A DNA stretch of 58,468 bases, the filler included, from Sphacelaria rigidula (lineage: Eukaryota), in NCBI GenBank assembly GCA_964200075.2. It is 8 parts of 8 records of this genome, joined end to end, with 100 filler letters (N's around TTAATTAATTAA, not from the genome) between each part and the next. Parts side by side here need not be neighbours in the genome. Positions count along the whole stretch, not along the records: positions 1 to 7,223 come from CAXNAA020015895.1; positions 7,324 to 14,545 come from CAXNAA020015896.1; 6 more parts are not named here. One strand, written 5' to 3'. The notes under the pieces were generated by a model. That model had not been told where the DNA came from. It was given only the letters and a program-made list of their open reading frames with translations, and searched no databases. The position numbers and the translations under genes are program-made. Shown in pieces: positions 1 to 12,141 of this stretch (its first letter is position 1; each line of letters starts with the position of its first letter).

Positions 1-458
1 CTCGATTACTCCATGACGAAGAGGGTGTCAATACCAAACGACGCGTTTTCGGACAGCTATCGACAAGATCTTTCAAGCGCCACCCTTTTCAGAACTGATG
101 CTCTTCTTTTTGTCGAGTAATCGAGCTTTGAAGTTCGGTTCAGGCGGTGTGCGATGACTCGCACAATCACGGTAAATGTGGCCAACTGATGTGCGACTTT
201 TCAAAACACCAAAATATCGGCTATACCTTCCCCGTACCGACCCTTAAATTGTCGTGCTCCTCGGTGCAACCAGCCCGTAAACTACGAGAGAAACTCAAGA
301 CTTCACTTCGCTGATAATTGTACGCTAAAACAGGGGGGTAAAAGAGAAAGGAAAAATAAATCAAGACTATGTATGCCCTTGCCCAAAAAAAAAAACAGAC
401 GAGCAAGCTACAATAAATAGCACACACACACACACCACCGTGCGATCAACATGTCGCA

Positions 459-459
<1 letters not shown>

Positions 460-491
<32 letters not shown>

Positions 492-492
492 C
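460..492. repeat. (CAA)n microsatellite
   Basis: Direct reading of the caacaacaa run. Confidence 0.9.
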
Positions 493-642
493 TAAAAAAC
501 ACCGTACAGAAGACAGGCTTATAAAACGTACACCACAAATCATTTAAATGAACAAAAACGTTTTCTCGAAAGCAAAAAAAAAAAAAAGAGAACGAGAAAA
601 AAAAAAAATGACATTTTGCACACACACACATCAAAATCTTAC

Positions 643-852
643 CGGGGTCTCGAACAGACCACCCGAGCGCCGCGGCAACAACGCCTCCACTGTGGAATCC
701 GGGGATATAGCCAGCACGAACCCCTGCACTTCCCCGGGTGCCAGCTGTAATGGAAGCGACGGTTTCGCCACCCACGATGCGCAAAACAAGCGCGACAAGT
801 TTCGCCCACCCCCTGCGCCCGTGGGCGCCTGCTCTATCGAGCCCTCCAGCCC
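643..852 (-). CDS. Internal exon (downstream) of a TRAPPC13/TRAPPC14(Trs65)-like Ig-fold protein
   Basis: Acceptor ctag|GGG and donor CCG|gtaag; 210 nt, phase 0-0, stop-free: GLEGSIEQAPTGAGGGRNLSRLFCASWVAKPSLPLQLAPGEVQGFVLAISPDSTVEALLPRRSGGLFETP. Phase-compatible with exon 3726-4098. Confidence 0.6.
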
Positions 853-1352
853 CTAGTTGTGCGGTTTGGGGAGACGTCGGAGAAACGGAGGTGTGTGAGA
901 GGGCGGGTGCATCATGTTCCAAATTTCCACGGCAATACATTACATCAATCAATTTTTTGTACGAAGCATCATCAAACAGCTTCTCACGCATGCTCGACCA
1001 CTGAGGTATTCACCGGCATCTTCCTCAGCACCTCCCCCCCGCCACCTTCCTCTCCCGCCTCACGAGAGAGTCAATGATTTAACCCGTTGGTCGTTCTACG
1101 ACTGTAGTACACGCCCGTGATACCCCTCATTGTATGCATCCTATGATGGTGGGAATGGGGTTGTCTCAATCCATACCTGGCACGAAGCATTCACTTTAAA
1201 CGATCGCTGCCAGGCCAGCAAAAAAAAAAACACTATCTTGATTCAAAATACCCGTAGTATAAAACACACGCACACGCACACGTACCACCTGTTCACGCCG
1301 CTCGGCAACATCTTCACCCCGCGCGCAACCTCGTAGCAACTGTGTGTGTGTG

Positions 1353-3605
1353 GGGGGGGGGGGGGACGCGTTTGTTGCTTGCCTCCTTTATTTGAACATT
1401 CCCCNNNNNNNNNNCCCTGTCCACGCCGCGCGCCAACCTCTCCCCCCCGCCCGCACCCTCGTCGCAAGGGTGGGGGGGTGGGGGGGGGGGGGGTACGCGT
1501 TTGTTGCTTGCCTCAGTTATTTGACCATTCACCACAAATCCCTTTCACCACAAATCCCTTCTGACACGGAGCACCGTTCCTACTCCTAATAGATACACCT
1601 CCAACATTTCGGCGCTCATCACGTTTTTAATACATTACACAATAACATTTCAACATATTTTATCCCATTCCTGTTCCGCCGTCTGTGGCCACCATCTATC
1701 TCTTGGTATAGCGACCGTTTTCTGGCTACTACTAATATCCAATGTACCGAACGACTTCATGCCACCTTCGTTTACTTCCCACACTTCCCCCATCTGACAC
1801 GTCCCGTTCCTCCCTGTATACTTCACATTCTGCCACTATATCAGTTCTACTCTCTGCTGCTTTGCCACAGGAGCAATCAATTATGTGCATCTACTGCTAC
1901 ACCTCGTTCGTCTTTCTCCCAGGTCCAGGTCTCCCACCCAAAATCGCACGTTCAACTTGTTCGCGTAGTACATTAGACCGTGCAGATAGGTTTTCATCCC
2001 TATCCCCTTTCTCAACCTCCGGTATATCTTCAGGTGCTCTTCCTCGTGCACGCTCCGTCTTCGCGCTTCTTTGTCCCGTATTTTCATCATGGATCCTATT
2101 TTAGTCTTTTACCCCCCACATGATATATGGACATTATCTCGCCTTGGTTTCCTCTTGTGTCCTTTTGTATTTCATCAACTACGTTATCTCACCTCATTTC
2201 AGCCTGCCCTTTCATTACTTTCTTTCATACAACTCCATCATCTATTGCTGGCAATCTCTTTCTCGGCATGTTCCTTACGCTATATTGTCATTTCAATCTC
2301 CTCATGTCTCTATTTGCTTCAAGTGGGTACATTCCCCATTTTCCCAATACCACATCACTCGTCGTTTTTGAGCATCCGAGTATATTCTTAGATCCTGCCA
2401 TCTGTACTGTATCCAGCTACTTCACCAACTTCGCGTTCCCTTTCCATACTTCTCCTGCATATACTAGCTTCGGTACAATCACATTCATCAGGATAAATCT
2501 CTTCATCCCAGTATCTAGGTGCTGATCTCGTAGGATCACGTCCATCTCGCTTATTTGTGCATTGCCCTATCCTATTAACGTATCTCTGTGTGCATCCCAA
2601 CAACAGTTTGAGATCTCTGAGCCAAGGTATGCGCACCGGTCTACGATCGGCAATTCCTCTTTTCTCTACCTAGATGTGAACTCTACCGGGTTTTCCTTAT
2701 CTTCGTTACATACAACTACCGCACACGTGTTGGCATTAACTGCACGTTTCCCCAGCATCCTTTTTACCTCTCACACAATTTGCTTCATCCAGCTATCGAA
2801 ATCTCCACTCGTTTTTATCGACTGCATATTTCCATATTTCCTTATTTTTCTTCCTCACCATAGTTTTCACCGCTCTTCTAGCTTCAGCGTACTCCTCCTA
2901 CCCTACCGTAGTTTTACTCGATGTATATCTTGCGTGGGCCGCTCTCGTTACTCTTGTAACCTCTTTTACTGCTTCGTGCCATCATTGTGCTGCTCTGTTG
3001 CGTATCATCAGTGTCTTCCCTACGACTTTATTTGCGGTAGTCGTGACCAATTGCTCCCATCCTTTCTATCATTTTCTCTCCTGCTCGATCCCTTTCTATT
3101 TCGATATCAGCTATACCAACGCATTCCAATAACTCAGAAACTTTCACTACATTTGTTATAATCTCCTCTTCGAACTCTTGCTGTTTTCCTTTACTTTCTA
3201 ATTGATCTAGTCTCCTTTTGTACAGCTTCCTACTCTGCCTGTTTTTTATAGCTCTCGTCTGTTGGTCGTCTGTCCATACTAGGCAACGATCCGTAGATCC
3301 TACGCCTGCTGTGCATTTGTCCTTCCGCTTCCTTACCACTTCCATGTTTCACCACTGGATAGCCAAGAATTTGGCATCCTTTTTTATATATACAGTCTAG
3401 TCGATTGCGAATCTGATCTCTCCACTCTATCGTTCAACGTCTTCAATCTCGTCATTTTGATTAAACCTCAACATTCTCCATCCCATTCACATCCTTTTTC
3501 GCTTTCCCGCACTGCCCAATCCTATCGTTCGGTTGGCTTACTCCTCCAATCCTTGCAAATAAACTCTCCCACTATTCTATCAGCATTACTTCTCCTAGCC
3601 ATAGC
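1353..3605 (-). mobile_element. Degenerate 5'-truncated APE-type non-LTR retrotransposon (LINE) inside the intron of the TRAPPC-like gene
   Basis: Minus-strand RT C-terminal remnants (EHLKIY..LR.GIGMKTYLHG, RIGQC..K) colinear with the copy at 53811-58468. Family 3' terminus (ACGCGTTTGTTGCTTGCC after a G-run on +) present. Many stops and frameshifts. Confidence 0.85.
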
Positions 3606-3725
3606 AACCATGTGGGATGGGGCTTGTGCAAACACACACGAACCCCTATGCTTTGTGCCCCCCCCCCCCACCCCCACACACTCCTTGTACCATACGATCA
3701 GCCCCCACATTCCACTTTCGCTCAC

Positions 3726-4098
3726 CTCCAAAGGCGCCGACGACGACCCGCCGCCCGTCCCCACGCCGACACTACCACTCCTTCTCCTCAGCCTTCCGCC
3801 GACCCTGTTGTTGCCGGGCGCCACGAACCTCTGTGATGCCTTATCCCCGGACCTCGCGGTGCCCTGCACGTGAGCCTCCACATCGTGCAGGGTGACCATC
3901 GCGCTGGGGTGATCATTGCGAACTTCGAGAGCCACAAGGCAGCGCTCCAGACCTAGGGCGCAGGAGCCGGCCGCGGGAGCGCTCGCGGTAGCCGTGGTGG
4001 TTGGAGAATACGGGCAGCACCTACTGGTGACAGTAACGGGCTGCACGACTTGGATAGGGAGGGTGCAGCGCTTCACCGGGAGGCGTACGGTCGCGATC
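3726..4098 (-). CDS. Internal exon (upstream) of the TRAPPC13/TRAPPC14-like gene
   Basis: Acceptor gaaaag|G and donor GAG|gtgag. Reads IATVRLPVKRCTLPIQVVQPVTVTSRCCPY...CLVALEVRNDHPSAMVTLHDVEAHVQ...SAPLE. The motif order (V-x-x-P, L-E-V-x-N, V-T-L-x-D-V, then LPLxLxPxExxxFVL in the next exon) resembles the TRAPPC13/14 middle domain. Family call is from memory. Confidence 0.6.
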
Positions 4099-4453
4099 CT
4101 TTTCAGGAAGATGATGCGTTGGCGGCGGCCGAGGGGAGGGGTGGGGAGGAGAGGGGGGCGTACTTATTTGTATGTTTGCCGTAGTCGTTTGACCATTGAC
4201 CACGCATCCCTTTGAAAGGGGAGGGGGGCGTACTCGTTTGTTGCTTGCCTCAGTCGCTTGACCATTGATCACGCATCCCTTTCGAGACGGAGCACCGTTC
4301 TCACTCCTAATAGAGACACCTCCAACATTCCGGCGCCCAGCGCTTCGTTCCATACATTACACACTAAACACTTTTTACATATCTTATCCCCTTGTCATTT
4401 CGCCGTCTGTGGCCACCATCTATCTCCTAGTATAGCCATCGTTTTCTCCCTAC

Positions 4454-4700
4454 GACCAATGCCGAGATAGCCCCCCCCCAAACAGTGCACCGGAGATCGT
4501 CCGACAAACCGGCTGCGATCCCACTATCGGGCTCCTTTGCAGCAATTTCGTCCACATGAGAGGCGTGTAGCAGTCCAAAATCAGCTATAACGCCCAAATG
4601 AGTCGCATCGTGCAGCACGAAACCAGTTCTCACGGCATTTATAATCATCGCCTCCGTGCACCTTTTCGGCCGGTTCGGGGGGGCTATCTCGGCAGCAGTC
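4454..4700 (-). mobile_element. ~248-bp MITE (GAC...GTC termini, 4-bp TSD), copy 1
   Basis: TIR GACCAATGCCGAGATAGCCCCCC / GGGGGGCTATCTCGGCAGCAGTC. CTAC is duplicated at 4450-4453 and 4701-4704, while the uninterrupted LINE copy near 54120 has one CTAC at this site. Confidence 0.9.
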
Positions 4701-4880
4701 CTACTGTCTCATGCATCAAACGATTCCATGCCACCTTCGTTTACTTTCCATTTCCCCCTATAACACGTCTTGCTCCTCTTTGTATACTTCACATTCTCCC
4801 ACTTTATCAGCTCTACTCTCCATCGCTTTGCCACAGGAGCGACTCTGTGAATCTACTTACTGCTCTAAAGTCATAATACG

Positions 4881-5110
4881 GCAGGGGTCGCACATTTGAG
4901 CCCAGATCTTTCCCATTCAGGGGCTCCAAAAGTTAGAAGATACACAAGAATATGGGTCAGGATATGTCCGTTTTGAAATACATTCGGGATATCCCTAGCC
5001 CATCAGAATGCTAATCGCGGTGTGGTCTTACATATTTCATCGGTCTTTTTTTGGGTGAGATAGAGGGCCCCTGACAATTCGAAGGTCAGAAGATATGTGC
5101 ACACCCCTAC
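4881..5110. mobile_element. Putative degenerate MITE with hAT-like (C/T)AGGGGT termini
   Basis: Imperfect inverted ends GCAGGGGTCGCACATTT / ATATGTGCACACCCCTAC interrupt the LINE. A similar end (GTGCACCCCTA) lies at ~14683-14693. No clear TSD. Confidence 0.45.
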
Positions 5111-7223
5111 GATAGCACCACTCTCTACCTGAATCCTAGGTAAAGCTCTTTTTTTTATCTGGCAGGTCCTGGTTCCCCACCCGAAATCGCGCGTTCAGCT
5201 TCTTCGCGTGGTCCATTGGCCCGTGCAGATATGTTTTCATCCCTACCCCCCTCTCTCAACCCCCCGCATATCGTCAGGTGCTCTTCATCGTCCACCTTCC
5301 GTCTTAGCACTTCTTCCCCCCTTGTTTCCATCATGCCTCTTGCTTTTGTCTTGCACCCCCCACGTTCACCTATGGACATTATATCGTCTTGGTTTCCTAT
5401 TATACCCTTTCCTACATTCTTGACTACTATATCCCACCTTATTCCAGCCTACCCCTTGGTCACTTTCTTTCATACAGCCGAATGATCTATGGCTAGCAAT
5501 CTCACTGTTGGCATGTTCCTTACGTTATATTGCCGCGTCAATTTCCTCATGTCTCTATTTGTTTCAAGTGGGGGCATTCCCAATTCTGCTCCCCACACTG
5601 TATCACTCTTCGGTGTGAGCATTTAAGTACTGTCGTAGCTGCTGTCATCTGTACTGTTTCCAGCCGTTTCACCAACTTCGAGTTCCCTTCTCGAACTTCT
5701 CCTGAATATTCTCGCTCCGGTACAATCACATCCATCAGTATACATCTCTTAACCCTAGTGTCGAGGTGCGAGGCTGTCAGGATCATCTCCATCTTGCCTA
5801 CCTGTGCCCTGCCCTTTCCTACTAGCTCATCTACGCGTGCATCCCGGCAACAGTTCTTTTTCCATCTCGATGCCAAGGTATGTGTACTGGTCGACGATCG
5901 GCGAGTCGTCTTCTCCCCACTCTCACTTGAACTCTACGGGGTTGTCCTTATCTTCGTTACATAGAAGTACCACCTGTTTGTTTGCATTCGCTGTCACTCT
6001 CTATTTCCTAGTGTGTTCTAACGTCTCCTCTTTTTGCTTCTACAATCCTTCTGGTGTTTCTGATATCCCCACGAAATAATTCGCAAATATCAATCTCGAT
6101 ACCGTATCTTCCTCCACCTCAACTCCTTGCTTCCGTGCTTCTATTGCTACTATCATGTCATTCGTACATATATACCTTGAATAAAGAAAGAAATGTCAAA
6201 ATCGTTCGATATTTCTCCATCGAGCACCATAGCACTTTTCGCACATTCTGTCATCACCATTCTCCACATATCTCCTCTGATCCTAGTTTCCCAAATTTCC
6301 CACGACCCCTTCGTCCATATTGTGTCATAGGTTTTCTGTGCGTCTAGAAATAATCAGTAGGTTGTAAGTCCAAAGTATTCCCTACCTTGTATATTCTTAC
6401 CTAATGTGTACATATGGTCGACGCAGCTACGGTTTGGTCTAAAAGCTGCTTGCCCCTGGCTGATTTTTGCTTCCTTCTCTACCATCATTCCCACTCTTAT
6501 CGTTCAGTCTCACATAATGTTTTCCCTACCGTGCTCAGTAGCGTTCGTTACCCCGCTATAATGCCCTGGATCAGCCCCGCCTTCTTCCTTGAAAAGGTTT
6601 ACGATTATATTATACTGTTCCTTCTCTCCACCTCTTTGGTGAGTACCCATTTTCCCAGATCCAATTACTCCCTACAACATAACCGCCATGGTAACCATTC
6701 CCTCTCCCCAGTACTCCATAAATCAATTCACCATTTCGTCTGCCCCTGCTGCCTTTCTATTCTTGAGTGTGGCTACACGTTGCTTTACTTCCTCTCTTGT
6801 GAACTCTCTCGTCCATTATTTTTACGCCACTATCTTGCCCGTTTTGATGCCTCTACATTTGTTTCTGCCCACACGTTGGTTCCTTTCTCGAGTTCCGCTC
6901 CGAACTTCTTGTCAGCTGTTGGCGTTTCTAGTTTACGGTAGTGCTCTACGAGCACTTTTCACTTCCTTCGAACTACTAACCGTGTTACCGTTCGGTGCCC
7001 TTGGTGTGGCTCTCGTGCCTGCTTTGCCATCCCATTTTATCCCTACCCCCATTTGCTTCATCCCACCATCCAAGTTTTCTTTTGTTTCGTTAACTACCCC
7101 TTCCCGCATCTCCTTCTCTTTCGTCCCCACCATCTTCTTCACCTCTTTTTTAGCTCCCTGGGTCTTTCGTGCGTATCATTAGTGGAAATTAGACGACGCC
7201 AACACCCGACATCACCGAAACAT

Positions 7224-7323
7224 NNNNNNNNNNNNNNNNNNNNNNNNNNNNNNNNNNNNNNNNNNNNTTAATTAATTAANNNNNNNNNNNNNNNNNNNNN
7301 NNNNNNNNNNNNNNNNNNNNNNN
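7224..7323. other. Artificial scaffold linker (N44-TTAATTAATTAA-N44); identical linkers at 14546-14645, 21867-21966, 29188-29287, 36509-36608, 43829-43928, 51149-51248
   Basis: Seven identical 100-nt spacers with stops in all six frames. They separate pieces of 7223, 7222, 7221, 7221, 7221, 7220, 7220 and 7220 nt, i.e. length-sorted contigs. Confidence 0.98.
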
Positions 7324-9148
7324 GGGCTGGTCAACACTTCCCCCGTTAGGCGGCCCGATAAGCTGCGCTCCTTCAAAACGTTTTCTCAGACCGTTATCGT
7401 TAGCCACGTGTTCGTGCCTCCGAAACGAACTGTCAATTACCGAGGATATCGCGGTTAACATACAGTGAGGAGTGGGTAACTCCCACTTCGTCAACATCTT
7501 GAAAACAATATTGAATAGCAGATAAGTATGATCATACTGTCGAGCTCCGGTTCCCATGGCAGAAAACCCTACTCGCCGTGACCGTAGTGAGGGGGGTAGG
7601 TCATTGCAGATAGCCCTCCATCTTCTCGTCGTCAGAAGGCCTGCTCCCCCCAAGCTTCTCCCCATTTTGCCCATGTCTCGAATTGCCCCGTGTAACCCTT
7701 CTTGGTACTTCTACCTACGGACGCGGGAGCTAACGTTCGTACTAGCTCTTGCCATCATGTCAATGACCGTGTTGTTCTCCTGGTGAGAATTGAGGGGGAC
7801 AGAAAATGGGGGGAAGGGAGGTATGGTGTCAAACGGGACGGCGCAAGTGGCGATTGTATCCTTCGTTAATTCATATCTTCATTGATGACTGACCACAACT
7901 CATCATCTAGTCGTGTTTTCGGCGGCAGTTTATTTTTGGAGGTCCACGTCGAATATAGGTTTCCCCGGGGACCGAGGTCGTCATATTTCAAGCCCTGTTC
8001 TCCTGTCAGTTGAACTTGTTCCGCAGGCCATCTCGGAATTCCTTAGGCCAAGACAATTGTCAATACCTCGAGTGTGTTCTGCTATTGGACATCATCCAGA
8101 TGTAATTTCCATGCGGCCCATGATTCTATTGAGGGAACCAACACGTCTTTCTTGAACCCCACATTGGTTCATCCACGATATTGCTGAGGCGTTGTCGCCC
8201 CGTATCAATACTGGTTCTCCCGGTTCTGTGGCTTTTCCCCTGAGAAACATCTGGTTAACGCACGCCGTCATCATCATACCGCACGATTCTACGAGATTGA
8301 TGGTGATGAAACAGTTTTCTATGACGTTTTGCTTCTCGGACTAGTTCCGACGTAAAGGCGGGGGGAAGGGTATCCCCAGAATATCTTGAACTCTGGGCAG
8401 TATCGTCCAACAGCACTGGAGCTGGCGCCCGTAAAATAGCGTCGTGAAGCAGGCCCATTTACCTCGGGAATCAGGGAGGCGCTCAGAGCTTCTCCTTGGT
8501 CAAGTAATTGATGATCGATTGCTCATTTCCACGAAGAGATATCACCATGGAATTTCCACCCGAGTTTCGGTTGTTTTCTTCTTGTCCTGTTTCCCACAAC
8601 TGGCTCGATGTAAAACAGTTGTTTGTAGAACAGCTGCCAAACAAAAATATTTAACCAGCTCGGGCAACCTAGGTGAGGTTTCATAAGTTGTTTGTTTTTG
8701 GCCACGCTTAGTATGTCAGCGACGGAAGCATGCGACCTGTCCTGGGACCATGCGCGTTTCATCAACTTGCGCTCTCTCTTTTTTTCTTTTCCTTTTTGTA
8801 ATCGTTTGGGTGGGTACAGAAATACGCATGCTGTGGCTGTTGATCGTGTACCCCACAGACTTCGCAGGGGTATCCCAATCGGTACTTTTACTGGGTGCGA
8901 TGTCGAACGAAATTTATGATGATGCGGACCTTGTTGGTGACAACTGCTCCTAGTGGACCTACTCGTAAGTGCCTAATTTCTGGGGCCGTCGATCAGTCAC
9001 CACAAAAACATCAGTTCCTCCTCGTTGCTCCCGTTGTTTTTAGACATGTGGGGTGTGACCGCTGGTACTACTGTGGTTACCATATTCACGTGCTCGTCTC
9101 ATCTCCGATGCAGTATCTATCGCGTCTATCGGTACACCGTGTTCGGGT

Positions 9149-10360
9149 ATGTTCGTAAGTTTCTCTATTTTTGGGAAACGTTCTTCTTCTCCAAAATGGC
9201 GTTGAACTTCACGGAGGTTCATCGGCGGTGACACCAGAGTGCCGCCGAGCCTTCCCGCTACGTCTCCAAGGTTTCTGTTGTACCGTCTCAGTAATTATGT
9301 GCATGTTGTTGCCATTTCTTCAATGTTCGTAAGTTCGTCTGTTTCCGGGAAACGTTCTACTTCTCCAAAGAGGTGTTGAACTTCACGCAGGTTCATCGGC
9401 GGTGACACCAGAGTGCCGCCGAGCCTTTCCTCTACGTCCCCAAGGTTTCTGTTGTACCGTCTCATGAATTATGTGCATGTTGTTGCCATTTCTTCAATGT
9501 TCGTAAGTTCGTCTGTTTCCGGGAAACGTTCTACTCCTCCAAAATGGTGTTGAACTTCACGCAGGTTCATCGGCGGTGACACCAGAGTGCCGCCGAGCCT
9601 TCCCGTGACGTCTCCGAGTTTTCTGTTGTGCCGTCTCAGTAATTCTGTGCATGTCGCTGCCATTTCTTCAATGTTCGTAAGTTCGTTTGTTTCCGGGAAA
9701 CGTTCTACTTCTCCAAAATGGTGTTGAACTTCACGGAGGTTCATCGGCGGTGACACCAGAGTGCCGCCGAGCCTTCCCGTTACGTCTCCAAGGTTTCTGT
9801 TGTGCCGTCTCAGTAATTCTGTGGATGTCGCTGCCATTTCTTCAATGTTCGTAAGTTCGTCTGTTTCCGGGAAACGTTCTACTTCTCCAAAATGGCGTTG
9901 AGCTTCACGGAGGTTCATCGGCGGTGACACCAGAGTGCCGCCGAGCCTTCCCGTTACGTCCCCAAGGTTTCTGTTGTACCGTCTCATGAATTATGTGCAT
10001 GTTATTGCCATTTCTTCAATGTTCGTAAGTTCGTCTGTTTCCGGGAAACGTTCTACTTCTCCAAAATGGTGTTGAACTTCACGGAGGTTCATCGGCGGTG
10101 ACACCAGAGTGCCGCCGAGCCTTCCCGTGACGTCTCCGAGGTTTCTGTTGTGCCGTCTCAGTAATTCTGTGCATGTCGTCTTCAATGTTCGTAAGTTCGT
10201 CTGTTTCCGGGAAACGTTCTACTTCTCCAAAATGGTGTTGAACTTCACGGAGGTTCATCGGCGGTGACACCAGAGTGCCGCCGAGCCTTCCCGTTACGTC
10301 CCCAAGGTTTCTGTTGTACTGTCTCAGTAATGCTGTGCATGCCGTTGCCATTTCTTCATG
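9149..10360 (-). repeat. Tandem array of 7 x 174 bp (58-codon unit) just upstream of the DIRS RT
   Basis: Anchor ATGTTCGTAAG at 9149, 9323, 9497, 9671, 9845, 10019, 10185. Unit encodes MATTCTELLRRHNRNLGDVTGRLGGTLVSPPMNLREVQHHFGEVERFPETDELTNIEE. Confidence 0.95.
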
Positions 10361-10486
10361 TGTTCGCAATCTGTTTTCAATAATGTTTTCGTGTATGTTT
10401 TGTGACCCTGCGCGAGACGTTGAAGACGTCGACCCGTCGTTTACTTCTATCCTACTCAGGTTTTTTTCCGTCCAACCCTTTTGGCG

Positions 10487-11360
10487 GGGGTTGACAAGGA
10501 AATGACTTCGTTTCTTCTTCTCTCTGGGTACTAGTACGCGCTTCGATTGACCCGTTTTGCGTCCGCACTCGGCTTGTACTAACACTCGAATCTGTCACGA
10601 CTGTTTCTTATACTCGGAATCTGTCCCGCCTGTTGACGGAGGGTGACAAGAAAATGACCTCGCTTCTTCTCTCCAGGTACTAGTACGAGCTTCGATTGGC
10701 CCGTTTTAGGTTTGCACTCGGCTTGTACTAACACTCGGAATCTGTCCCGACTATAGACGGAGGGTGACAAGGAAATGACCTCGCTTCTTTTTCTCTCTAG
10801 GTACTAGTACGCGCTTCGGTTGACCCGTTTTGGGTCTGCACTCGGCTTGTACTAATACTCGGAATCTGTCCCGACTATAGACGGAGGGTGACAAGGAAAT
10901 GACTTCGTTTCTTTTTCTCTCCAGGTACTAGTACGCGCTTCGATTGACCCGTTTTAGGTCTGCACTCGGCTTGTACTAATACTCGGAATCTGTCCCGACT
11001 ATAGACGGAGGGTGACAAGGAAATGACCTCGCTTCTTTTTCTCTCCGGGTAGTGGTACGCGCTTCGATTGACCCGTTTTGGGTCTGCACTCGGCTTGTAC
11101 TAATACTCGGAATCTGTCCCGACTATAGACGGAGGGTGACAAGGAAATGACCTCGTTTCTTCTTCTCTCCAGGTACTAGTACGAGCTTCGATTGACCCGT
11201 TTTGGGTCTGCACTCGGCTTGTACTAACACTCGGAATCTGTCCCGACTAAAGACGGGAGGTGACAAGGAAATGACCTCGTTTCTTTTTCTCTCAGGGTAG
11301 TGGTACGCGCTTCGATTGACCCATTCTGGGTCTGCACTTGGCTTGTACCGACACTCGGGT
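10487..11360 (-). repeat. Tandem array of ~7 x 124 bp
   Basis: Anchor TA(C/G)T(A/G)GTACG at 10529, 10678, 10802, 10926, 11050, 11174, 11298; period 124 after the first unit. Confidence 0.95.
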
Positions 11361-11892
11361 TTGTCCTAACAAGTACGCTTATCGGGAGATGGTGGAGTGT
11401 TGTTGACTTTCTTACCCGGTATATGGCACATCGTACACACGGCCCCTTTTCTTCTTCTGCTGCTGCTATTCTCCTGTTTCGTACGTCGGTTAGGGTTGGG
11501 TTATCACTATGTTGTCGGAGTTGGGCAGGGTCGTACGGGGCAGTTCATTGGATCCTACCCGTTGATGTGTTGCTGCAAATTTTAGAGGCTCGGCGCGGTG
11601 TTTTTCGTCAATGTTTCAAGCAATGTGTCCTACCTACTGGCCTATCTGCCTTCCAGGTCGGATTCATGTTTTGGGGCGATGAACCTGCGGGCACGATGTG
11701 GGGAGGGAAAGGTTGTAACGACCTGTAGTTGTACCGCTATGCATCCTGACATTGCTATGGTACTCATGCGAGAGTCTATCCTGACCGATTGACGAAGTCT
11801 GCTATCCTTACTATGTACGACTGTCTCTTTTATACTTGCTGCTTCAGTACTTCTAGCCTCATCGTGAGAAAAATGAGGAGTCACCGACCCAG

Positions 11893-12141
11893 GACTGCTG
11901 CCGAGATAGCCCCCCCCCGAACCGGCCAAAAACGTGCACGGAGGCGATGAGCATAAATGCCGTCAGAGTTGGTATTGTGCTGCACGACGCGACTCATTTT
12001 GGCGTTATAGCTTATTTTGGACTGCTACACGCCTCTAATGTGGGTGGAATATCTACAAACGAGCCCAATAGTGGGATCGCAGCCGGTTTGTCGGACGGTC
12101 TCCGGTGCACTTTTCGTGGGGGGGCTATCTCGGCATTAGTC
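11893..12141 (+). mobile_element. ~248-bp MITE (GAC...GTC, 4-bp TSD), copy 2
   Basis: GACTGCTGCCGAGATAGCCCCC ... GGGGGCTATCTCGGCATTAGTC; CCAG duplicated at 11889-11892 and 12142-12145. Confidence 0.92.

Larger units (their letters stand above)
4152..7180 (-). mobile_element. Degenerate LINE copy of the same family, interrupted by two MITE-like insertions
   Basis: Duplicated 3' terminus at 4152-4290. RT-region remnants: FVGISETPEGL near 6050-6075, HLDTRVKRCIL, RGITLLSTVGK-like near 6520-6560. Colinear with 53900-56300. Confidence 0.85.
7324..11880 (-). mobile_element. Decayed DIRS/Ngaro-type tyrosine-recombinase retrotransposon (gag-like, RT/RNase H, YR order)
   Basis: Minus strand. RT start HGVPIDA..YGNHSS (9070-9140) and RHLRVGPLGAVVTNKVRII (8915-8975). 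DIRS RNase H EPVLIRGDNASAISWMNQCG..RVGSLNRIMGRMEITSG (8092-8220). YR N-terminus ASVGRSTKKGYTGQFETWAKW (7660-7725) and KWELPTPHCML (7455-7495). Many stops and frameshifts; the YR is cut by the contig end. Confidence 0.8.

Noticed and set aside
1742..7182. Many Leu/Ser/Phe-rich plus-strand ORFs (also at 54000-58100)
   Set aside because: Antisense of purine-rich LINE coding strands, not membrane proteins.
9149..11360. CRISPR-like or host repeat-protein gene
   Set aside because: The units are head-to-tail with no unique spacers, contain stops or frameshifts, and lie inside a DIRS-like element.
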